28,044 nt of DNA from an uncultured bacterium (lineage in GTDB: Bacteria > JAJVIF01 > JAPKYR01), in the NCBI GenBank assembly GCA_965369865.1, contig CBDURU010000038.1:1-28044 (forward strand), read 5' to 3'. Below the pieces are notes generated by a model. The model saw only the letters and a list, made by a program, of their open reading frames with translations, was not told the DNA's origin and searched no databases. The translations under genes and the position numbers were made by a program. Every line of letters begins with the position of its first letter. Positions within the stretch are counted from its first letter, which is position 1. Shown here piece after piece: positions 1-7,851 of this stretch.

Positions 1-23
1 TGTTTTGGTTGGGGTTTAAGAAA

Positions 24-186
24 TGACCGGAAAAGACCCCCCCTAGAATCCCCCCTGCGGGGGGATGGTGTTGACCGGAAAAGACCCCCCCAATAATCAC
101 CCCTGCGGGGGGATGGTGTTGATCGGAAAAACCCCGCCTATAATTCCGCCTATAATCCCGCCTATAATCACCCCGGTGGGGGGACT
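24..186. repeat. Nested tandem repeat of palindromic REP-like units (2 x 48 bp plus a third, expanded unit containing 3 x 12 bp)
   Basis: TGACCGGAAAAGACCCCCCC..AATC.CCCCTGCGGGGGGATGGTGT at 24-71 and 72-119. A third unit starts at 120 and contains CCGCCTATAAT at 134, 146 and 158. Each unit has a C-run/G-run hairpin. Confidence 0.9.
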
Positions 187-266
187 TCAGGGGGGGGAGT
201 TCATCTAGTAAACGGCACTGGAAATATTCTTGCCGTATAATATCCTGCGAAGCGGAGGTGTCTGAA

Positions 267-2291
267 ATGACAGACGATAAGAAAATTTTTGCGATAACCA
301 CACCACTTTATTACACCAATGCCGCGTTTCACCTCGGGCACGCGTACTCATCCTACGTATGCGACACACTCACACGCTTCCACAGGATGCTCGGGTATGA
401 TTCGTATTTCATCACCGGATCGGACGAGCACGGCCAGAAAATCAAGGACTCGGCGCTGGCTAAAGGGTTCGAGCCGATCGAATGGACGACCAAAATTGTC
501 GAGGACGGGAAAGCGCTCTGGAAACGCTGCGGAATTGAATACGATTATTTCATCCGCACAACCCAGCGCGAGCCGGAAGACCATTATCTCGATGTCCAGC
601 GGTTTTTCAAACGTATCTATGACCGCGGCGATATTTATCTCGGGGAATACGAAGGGCTTTACTGTGTCGGATGCGAAAAATACCTGAACGAGAGGGATCT
701 TGTCGATGGGAAATGCCCCGATCATGACACCGAGCCGGTCCTTCTGAAAGAACCATCGCTATTTTTCAAACTCTCGAAATGGGCGCCGATCCTCCTTGAA
801 ATTCTTGAAAAGGAACCGGAGAGAATCCAGCCGGAAACCCGCCGGAATGAAATCATTTCAAAATTAAAGGGAGGTGTTGACGATCTCGCGGTCAGCCGTA
901 CAAAACTCGACTGGGGTGTTCCACTCGATGATATCGAGCCCGGGCATGTGTGTTATGTATGGTTCGACGCGCTTCTCGGTTACGCAACGGCAACCGGACT
1001 CGGCGAATATCTCGATGAGCTGGATAAAAGAGAAGCCGATCCATCTTATGAAATCAAACCGACCAAATTCGCGAAGTACTGGCCGAACTGTGTACACATA
1101 ATCGCGAAAGATATTTTATGGTTCCATACGGTCATCTGGCCGGCAATGCAATTAGCCGCGGAACTGGACCCGGATAATCCCGGTAAATTAGTTTCGAGAG
1201 GGACATTTTCACACGGGTACCTTCTCGAGCGCGGGCGAAAAATGAGCAAAACTCTCGGGAATATTCTCGATCCGTATCCGTATCTCGAACTACTCGGAAG
1301 CGACGCGTTGCGGTATTACCTTCTGAGGGAAGTTCGTTTCGGCGACGACGGCAGCATCAACCATGAAGCGATCGCCGAGAAAACGAACGCCGATCTTGCT
1401 AACGACCTTGGAAATCTCCTGAACCGGACGCTCGCAATGATCGCGAAGGATTCAAACGGGACGATCCCGATCGAAGGTGAGCATAACAAGACGCTGGTCG
1501 ATGCATCCAGAAAAGCCCACGATGAATCTGTGAAGGCGATCGAAGAATTCCAGCCGCATAAGGCGCTCGAAGCGATCTGGGAGCTTGTAAGGCATGCTAA
1601 CAAGAATATAGAGGAGACCAAGCCGTGGGAGCTTCGTAAGGCGGGCAAGTTCGATGAAATTTACGCGTTCCTGTACGACCAGGCGCAGGTACTTCATAAT
1701 CTCGCGATCCTTCTTTACCCGTTCCTGCCTGAGTTGACATCGAAAATCTGGGAACAGCTCGGGCTTCCGGGGAAAGTGACCGATCACCGGTATCATGACG
1801 GCGGCGGATTCGGGACAATCGAGCCTGGAACGTGCATAAATCAGGGAGAACCGATTGTACCCAGGATAGATATCCCGAAATTCCTCGAAGAGGTTGAGAA
1901 ACTCACGAAAGTAAGAGAAAAAGAAAAGGAGAAATTCGCTGACATGTCGGATACTTCTGAATTCAAAGATGAAATTGAGTTTGATGATTTTTTGAAGCTG
2001 GACTTGAGGATCGCGACTGTACTTGAGTGTGAGCCGGTTAAAAAAACCGATAAACTTCTGAAGCTCAGGATCGATCTCGGGAGTGAAGAAAGGCAGATAA
2101 TCGCCGGGATCGCCAAAGTTTACACTCCCGAAGAGCTGATAGGAAAGCAGATTGTGATAGTCGCCAACCTGAAACCTGTCAAGCTACGGGGTGAGGAGTC
2201 GAGGGGTATGCTGCTTGCGACAGGGGATGATCTTGGAGTGACGCTGCTGGCCCCGGAGAAAGCTGTAAAGCCCGGTGAGTCGGTGCATTAA
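267..2291 (+). CDS. metG: Methionine--tRNA ligase with C-terminal tRNA-binding (Trbp111-like) domain
   Basis: ITTPLYY, HLGH, GSDEHG, CxxC...CxxH knuckle, YVWFDAL, KMSKT, C-terminal DLRIATV...ESRGMLL. Start placed at ATG 267 because GGAGG (254-258) lies 8 nt upstream; TATAAT at 236-241. Confidence 0.98.
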   Translation: MTDDKKIFAITTPLYYTNAAFHLGHAYSSYVCDTLTRFHRMLGYDSYFITGSDEHGQKIKDSALAKGFEPIEWTTKIVEDGKALWKRCGIEYDYFIRTTQREPEDHYLDVQRFFKRIYDRGDIYLGEYEGLYCVGCEKYLNERDLVDGKCPDHDTEPVLLKEPSLFFKLSKWAPILLEILEKEPERIQPETRRNEIISKLKGGVDDLAVSRTKLDWGVPLDDIEPGHVCYVWFDALLGYATATGLGEYLDELDKREADPSYEIKPTKFAKYWPNCVHIIAKDILWFHTVIWPAMQLAAELDPDNPGKLVSRGTFSHGYLLERGRKMSKTLGNILDPYPYLELLGSDALRYYLLREVRFGDDGSINHEAIAEKTNADLANDLGNLLNRTLAMIAKDSNGTIPIEGEHNKTLVDASRKAHDESVKAIEEFQPHKALEAIWELVRHANKNIEETKPWELRKAGKFDEIYAFLYDQAQVLHNLAILLYPFLPELTSKIWEQLGLPGKVTDHRYHDGGGFGTIEPGTCINQGEPIVPRIDIPKFLEEVEKLTKVREKEKEKFADMSDTSEFKDEIEFDDFLKLDLRIATVLECEPVKKTDKLLKLRIDLGSEERQIIAGIAKVYTPEELIGKQIVIVANLKPVKLRGEESRGMLLATGDDLGVTLLAPEKAVKPGESVH

Positions 2292-2503
2292 GGAAAAACG
2301 GGGACGCCTTTTATTTACCGTGGTCCCCTCATTCAAATTTAAAGATAAGGCATCAGGCGTGGTTGTGTTATTGCGCCGGGCAATTAAGGATTATTGAACT
2401 TTTGATCATTCAACCCTCTCTAAAACCCGGATGATTAGTGCGGATGGTGATCATAAAATGGTAAAATCAAGCGGTAAAGAACAACTGATCTGAGCGAATA
2501 AAA

Positions 2504-3763
2504 ATGACTGTGAAAAAATTCGAATTTTCAAAGCTGTTACCTGCTTATCTAGTGGTGTCCATATTGCTGCAGGGCACGATCCTGCTGGTTGTATCCGGAT
2601 GTGACGGGAGTTCATCGTTGCATGTTGCCGGATCGGAAGTGCGGGTTGCGAAGGTGGATACGGAATATGTTTACGAGGCGAATATATCAAAGCACGTCGA
2701 GGATTATCGCCAGGGACGCCGCACGAGATTATCGAATTTTATTGGATTCACACCGAACCAGATATTAATGGTGCGTGAAGATGCGATCGATCATGAAATC
2801 CGCAAGGAGATCAGGCGCCTTCCCGGTGTGAATCTCTCAAGTGTCGAGGTAAATGAACTTGCCAGACAAAATATGGAGGATCTTGCCAGGGGGCTTTACG
2901 ACCGGATCACCCGCGACGGTGAGGATTTCGCCAGGATTGCGCTGGAATATTCCGATAGCGATACAGCCCGCCTGGGCGGGGTGTTTCCAATGTTCAGCGT
3001 TCAGGAAAATCCCCAGGATTACCAGTCACTGGCTTACGAAATGGAGATCGGTGAGGTGAGCGAACCGTTCCTGAATTACGAGGGCTGGAGGATAATCCGG
3101 CTTGATAACATTACCGAAGACCCGTACGAGGGCAAGTTCTATGAAATCAGTATGATTCTCCTTACACCCGATGTTTCAGAAGCTGAAGCTCAGATGATAG
3201 ATGAGATAGCCGAAAGCCATGCGATCGAAATCCTCGATTCAAAATATAATTCCCGCCAGGCCCTGATTGGAAATGATTTTGAACTCGCCCTGGCACTCTC
3301 GGAAGAAGTACTGGTCAGGAACGAGGATGATGACCTCGCTCACTATCTTCATGCACGGGCTTTATGGGAACTCGGGCGCCAGGATGAAGCATTTGAGGCC
3401 CTGGAAACCGCAGCGGAAGTCGGGAAGATCTCGGACGCGCTGATACCGTACTACCATTATTACAGGGGTGTGTATTACGAGGAAATCAACCAGGTCGAGA
3501 ATGCAAACCAGGCTTATCGTGACTGTTTCGACAACTGGCGCCAGGATATCAACCTCGCGTATATGCTCAAGGAAACATTCGAGAGATCGGGAGATGATGA
3601 ATACCTCGGAATGATCGATGAGGAGATCGAGATTATACTGACGCAGGATATTAACGCGATAGTGGCGTCGGATTTCGGAGCGGGCTCCGGAGGTGTGATC
3701 AAAACCAGCCAGGGTACGACCGAAGGATCGAGTGTCGAGTACGAAGAAGGATACAGGGAATGA
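2504..3763 (+). CDS. Putative lipoprotein with parvulin (PpiC-type rotamase)-like domain and TPR repeats; probable extracytoplasmic foldase/chaperone
   Basis: Hydrophobic N-terminus ending VSGC; GEDFARIALEYS..GG..GEVSEP..GWRII parvulin pattern; TPR-like helices AHYLHARALWELGRQDEA and YHYYRGVYYEE. Confidence 0.8.
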   Translation: MTVKKFEFSKLLPAYLVVSILLQGTILLVVSGCDGSSSLHVAGSEVRVAKVDTEYVYEANISKHVEDYRQGRRTRLSNFIGFTPNQILMVREDAIDHEIRKEIRRLPGVNLSSVEVNELARQNMEDLARGLYDRITRDGEDFARIALEYSDSDTARLGGVFPMFSVQENPQDYQSLAYEMEIGEVSEPFLNYEGWRIIRLDNITEDPYEGKFYEISMILLTPDVSEAEAQMIDEIAESHAIEILDSKYNSRQALIGNDFELALALSEEVLVRNEDDDLAHYLHARALWELGRQDEAFEALETAAEVGKISDALIPYYHYYRGVYYEEINQVENANQAYRDCFDNWRQDINLAYMLKETFERSGDDEYLGMIDEEIEIILTQDINAIVASDFGAGSGGVIKTSQGTTEGSSVEYEEGYRE

Positions 3764-3842
3764 TCCGCGGACTTGTAAAATAAAAATTCTATGGTAAATT
3801 GCCAAAGGAAGAGATTAAAGAAAAAAAGAAAGGATTTACTAG

Positions 3843-4406
3843 ATGAACAATACAATAAAAGGCGGAGTACTTTTTTCAACGATAATAGTAGCACTGCTTT
3901 CCTATTATTTTATCTGGGTACATGAGCCCGTTGGAGCTGAAGTCGATCCGGAAATACCGGACAGCAGCGCCAGACCGGATGAAGGTGAACATGCCCCGGA
4001 TTTTACTTATGTAACCGTCGACGGCCAGGAAATCAGGTTATCGGATTATATCGGTGTGAAGCCTGTGGTTCTCGATTTCTGGGCGACATGGTGCCGTCCC
4101 TGTATGGAAGAATTGCCTTTACTACAGGCATTTTACGAAGAGTACGGGGACCAGGTGGAGATTATCGCAATTACGAGCGAGGCTGCACGACTAAAAGATG
4201 CAATTGCGAACACTATCAATCAAAAAGAGCTGACATTTCCGGTTATGCACGACCCATCGAGAGGTATCAGCGATCTTTACCCAACGCGGGCAATTCCATA
4301 CCTTGTTTTCATTGACATTGACGGAAAAGTAACCGGCACCCATACTGGATTGAGCCCGAGTATAGGGGAGGATATCCTGGAAGAGTTCGGGATTGATGGA
4401 GCATAA
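3843..4406 (+). CDS. TlpA/ResA-family thiol-disulfide oxidoreductase, membrane anchored
   Basis: N-terminal TM helix, APDFT, VLDFWATWCRPC (CxxC), AIP cis-Pro motif. Confidence 0.93.
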   Translation: MNNTIKGGVLFSTIIVALLSYYFIWVHEPVGAEVDPEIPDSSARPDEGEHAPDFTYVTVDGQEIRLSDYIGVKPVVLDFWATWCRPCMEELPLLQAFYEEYGDQVEIIAITSEAARLKDAIANTINQKELTFPVMHDPSRGISDLYPTRAIPYLVFIDIDGKVTGTHTGLSPSIGEDILEEFGIDGA

Positions 4407-4509
4407 GTTCAGGACTAACTGCGGGTATTGTATAAGATATTCATATAGATCCAATGGCAAGGGATATTAAATCCATTCATTTTTTCATCATAATTATATG
4501 TTTAATGGT

Positions 4510-4538
4510 TTGTGCCGCGTGTGAATATCACCTATAAT
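4510..4538 (+). promoter_or_regulatory. Putative sigma70 promoter of the 733-aa lipoprotein gene
   Basis: TTGTGC-N17-TATAAT; GGGAGG ribosome-binding site at 4574-4579. The -10 overlaps an inverted repeat CCTATA-N7-TATAGG (4531-4549). Confidence 0.5.
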
Positions 4539-4589
4539 TAGAATATAGGGACCAAATAAAAAATTCCCAATTCGGGAGGTTCAGTAATT

Positions 4590-6791
4590 ATGTTCCAGTT
4601 TTCATATTATAAGTGGCGGGCAGTACTTAACGGATTTATTACAGTCCTGTTACTCACAATGCTGCCATTGTCAGGTTGCACAAATTCTTCAGGTCCTGTC
4701 GAGCCCTCGTTATATCCAGACCTGAGTGAATCAACATCCGGGCAGGCAGTGTCAAATCGATACCTGCTTGGCCAGTATGATCTCTTTTTTAATGAAGATC
4801 GTACTTCGTGCGAACTAACCCCTGCCAGGGAAGGCACATTGCATCTTAACGTACTCCATTTTGTAGAATTCTTCGCTCCCGGCAATGTTGCGTTGGATGA
4901 CTGGTACCTTCATGAGGACGAAACATTAACGGTCGCGATATTATTCAGACATCCATTTGATATAAAGGAATACACCCTTTTCGATCTACGCGGCATAATG
5001 ATGATGCCGGCGGCATATTGGTGGCCGGAACATGTAGTCAACACTCCCGGTATGTTTGTCGGGCAGTCGGCGTTATTGAATCCGGATGGCTTCACCCGCA
5101 GATGGAATCCGTATGAGTTCATGGACAAACCGGTACCCTTCAGCTATTTTGACGGTTCTCTTACCAAGGGCATGGGTGAGTATGTAGAAACCGTGGTCAA
5201 CCCTTACAGGACATACTGGACAGACACAAACCGAATGCATTTCCTTGCCGGTAATGAGGTAATCAACCATTTCCACTTAAGTATCGATCCAGGTCAGGCG
5301 AGAGTGGGCCTGGCATTCGACTGCAGTTGGGAGGAACCGATCGTACCGTCTGCCGGCAGCCTGATGGTCCCCGGCCATTTTCCTTTGACTGCAAACTCAA
5401 TAGAAGCACACAGCATACTAATTGCCGGACTGGAAGGCCAGCTTGAATGCTCGGTTGGCGAATATGCCGGCGGATCGCAGAACGTGCATGTCAACGTGAA
5501 ATCCTGGCAGAAGGAAGCATACGTATTTTTCACGACTGTGAATCTTGAAATTCCAGATCTGTTTGAGGGCGTGATAAACCCATGGACCGGCGGGGGCACA
5601 TCGTCCGATTTCACTTACCAGTTCAATATTTCAAACCCATCAATAAAAGAACCCAGGCAAATTGTCGGGTTGATGTCGGTTGAGTCGGCAAAGGAAGATG
5701 AAACTTATGTCGAGGGTATGCGGCTGACAGCTTACCAGCTTCTCGTACTCGATATCGTCGAGGTCGCACCGCCCATGTGCAACGGCAGCACCGCGATACA
5801 CTCAACCTTCGGCGGCTCATTTAGTCTCAACGGCTCGAATGGTCTAACGCACCGTGACAGTTCGTTCCTTCCCAAGTTAATAGGTGGAGAAGGCGCCCTG
5901 TTTTTCGATGGGGGTATTGAAGGGGGTGTCCAGCGAATCCAGGCTGCAGCGATCCCACCACTGGGCGGCAACGTACCAACAAATACATTAATCAAACGAA
6001 CAGGTTTCAACGCCGGAAATTCTCTTGTCGTGCAGAGTAATGAATATAACGGGCACCTGTATGTCGTGAGCGACAGCGATCCGGATAATTTCCTTATATT
6101 TGATGGGACCGGAGTCCTGCTTAAGGAGTTCGATCTCGGGGATGGTGAAAATGGCCATAACGAACCCGTCTCGGTAACCACAGACCCATCTAACGGTGAT
6201 GTCTGGCTGATAGGAGACAAAGGCAATGAGGGAATCCACCTTGAAAGACTGGTGTACCTCGAACAGGGCGAACCATTCGATTATGTTTTCCATACCGCAG
6301 CCAAAATCGATCTTTCACCGTGGCTTGGGTCGGACCCCAAACCGCTTGGTATTGGTATAAACACTTATTACAAAAGGCTTTACATGTTCCATGCAAAGAA
6401 TAACGGTTCGGTGGAAGTTTTCGACATTTCCACTTATCCGCCGGTTCATCTTGATGAGTGGTCGTCAAGTAGCATATTCCTCAAGGAAATCACCCCGACC
6501 CAGGTTGATGGGTTCAGGAAATATATCGGGGGGGACCTGGTAATCGATCATGTAGACGGCGATTTTGAAGGTCGATGCAAGATCCTGATTTTTGCGAATA
6601 CTAATGATGGAAGTTCAATGCTGGTCAAACTGGATGTATGGGCGCAGACGATCTCAACCGCGAACCTCGGGTCACCGTATTCATGCATGGCGTTGAGCAA
6701 TCTAACCGAACCATCGGACCGCTCGCTGGTATTCTTCCCAATGCCGATGGTGAATGAGTATATGATCTACTATCCCCAGGCTGGATGGTAA
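4590..6791 (+). CDS. Hypothetical surface lipoprotein: unassigned N-terminal module shared with 11429..17248, plus a probable beta-propeller C-terminal region
   Basis: Lipobox LSGC; collinear motifs shared with the 1939-aa protein; C-terminal blade-like segments (GHLYVV..FLIFD, PVSVTTDP..GDVWLIG, PLGIGIN..RLYMF..VEVFD). Confidence 0.8.
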   Translation: MFQFSYYKWRAVLNGFITVLLLTMLPLSGCTNSSGPVEPSLYPDLSESTSGQAVSNRYLLGQYDLFFNEDRTSCELTPAREGTLHLNVLHFVEFFAPGNVALDDWYLHEDETLTVAILFRHPFDIKEYTLFDLRGIMMMPAAYWWPEHVVNTPGMFVGQSALLNPDGFTRRWNPYEFMDKPVPFSYFDGSLTKGMGEYVETVVNPYRTYWTDTNRMHFLAGNEVINHFHLSIDPGQARVGLAFDCSWEEPIVPSAGSLMVPGHFPLTANSIEAHSILIAGLEGQLECSVGEYAGGSQNVHVNVKSWQKEAYVFFTTVNLEIPDLFEGVINPWTGGGTSSDFTYQFNISNPSIKEPRQIVGLMSVESAKEDETYVEGMRLTAYQLLVLDIVEVAPPMCNGSTAIHSTFGGSFSLNGSNGLTHRDSSFLPKLIGGEGALFFDGGIEGGVQRIQAAAIPPLGGNVPTNTLIKRTGFNAGNSLVVQSNEYNGHLYVVSDSDPDNFLIFDGTGVLLKEFDLGDGENGHNEPVSVTTDPSNGDVWLIGDKGNEGIHLERLVYLEQGEPFDYVFHTAAKIDLSPWLGSDPKPLGIGINTYYKRLYMFHAKNNGSVEVFDISTYPPVHLDEWSSSSIFLKEITPTQVDGFRKYIGGDLVIDHVDGDFEGRCKILIFANTNDGSSMLVKLDVWAQTISTANLGSPYSCMALSNLTEPSDRSLVFFPMPMVNEYMIYYPQAGW

Positions 6792-6921
6792 TAATTGCTG
6801 GAATTATATCTTTACACGGAATTACAGCAGGTTCTGGGGAAGAGATCTGTCTAAATGGAATCCGGTATTGGATTAATTTTAATCCTTTATGTTAACATCC
6901 CCTTCACGGAGGATTTTTTTA

Positions 6922-7773
6922 ATGGCTGATGCACGTGTATTAATGGGCAAACCGGTCGCCAGGGCCCTTAATGATGCGACCTTCGAAAGAAGCCAGGAAT
7001 ATGAGCAAATTAACAAACGAAAACCATGTCTGGCTGTAATTACGGTTGACGATCCCGCATCGCGGAGTTATTTAAAAACCATTAAATCCACAGCGCGAAA
7101 GACCGGTTGCGAAGTTCAGGAAATTTCACTCGAATCAACCGCTGGCGTACCCGGGATGCTGCAAATAATCAACCCCCTGAATGACGATCCGGGAATTGAT
7201 GGAATTCTCGTTCAAATGCCGCTTCCAAAGGGAATTAACCTCCATGACGCGGGGCTTGCAATTAACAGCAATAAAGATGTGGACGGGATCTCCCCGTACC
7301 AGGCGGGTCTTTTATTCAAGGGCGCTAAGAATGTACTGGTTCCCCCTACCGCAAGAGCAGTGATGGAGATACTCGATTTCTACCAGATCGGGTTGTCGGG
7401 ACAGGAAGTGATAATTGTAGGGAGAAGCCTTGTGGTGGGAAAACCGCTTGGGATGCTTATGGTAAGCCGCAACGCGACATTAACCTGGTGCCATTCACGC
7501 ACCCGGTCATTACCGATGGTGTGCAAGAGGGCCGATGTACTTGTTGGCGCACTTGGAAAAGCCCGATTCCTGGATTCAAACTATCTCAGGCCGGGCGCGA
7601 CAGTAGTTGATGTCGGGATCAATGTTGATGAGGGCGGCAAGCTGGCGGGTGATGTCGATGTGCAAAGTATCCAATCAATCGTGGCTGCGTATACCCCGGT
7701 ACCCGGTGGAGTTGGACCGGTGACATCCGCATGCCTTTACGCAAACCTGCTCGATGCTGCAAATGCAGCATAA
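6922..7773 (+). CDS. folD: Methylenetetrahydrofolate dehydrogenase (FolD family; cyclohydrolase activity doubtful)
   Basis: DPAS.SY, DGILVQMPLP, KDVDG, GRSLVVGKP, CHSRT, DVGIN, TPVPGGVGPVT. Start at ATG 6922, after GGAGG. Confidence 0.95.
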   Translation: MADARVLMGKPVARALNDATFERSQEYEQINKRKPCLAVITVDDPASRSYLKTIKSTARKTGCEVQEISLESTAGVPGMLQIINPLNDDPGIDGILVQMPLPKGINLHDAGLAINSNKDVDGISPYQAGLLFKGAKNVLVPPTARAVMEILDFYQIGLSGQEVIIVGRSLVVGKPLGMLMVSRNATLTWCHSRTRSLPMVCKRADVLVGALGKARFLDSNYLRPGATVVDVGINVDEGGKLAGDVDVQSIQSIVAAYTPVPGGVGPVTSACLYANLLDAANAA

Positions 7774-7851
7774 ATCCCAAAATCATAATAAGGACGAGCG
7801 AATCTGAAACGATGGGGTTCGGTGCTGAACTGCCGGTCAAGGCCTAACAGT

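Noticed and set aside
24..186. CRISPR array or T-box leader for metG
   Set aside because: Units are contiguous without spacers; no T-box motif or terminator/antiterminator is seen; a -10 lies downstream of the repeats.
258..266. GTG start of metG given in the ORF track
   Set aside because: The GTG overlaps the GGAGG SD; ATG 267 has proper spacing.
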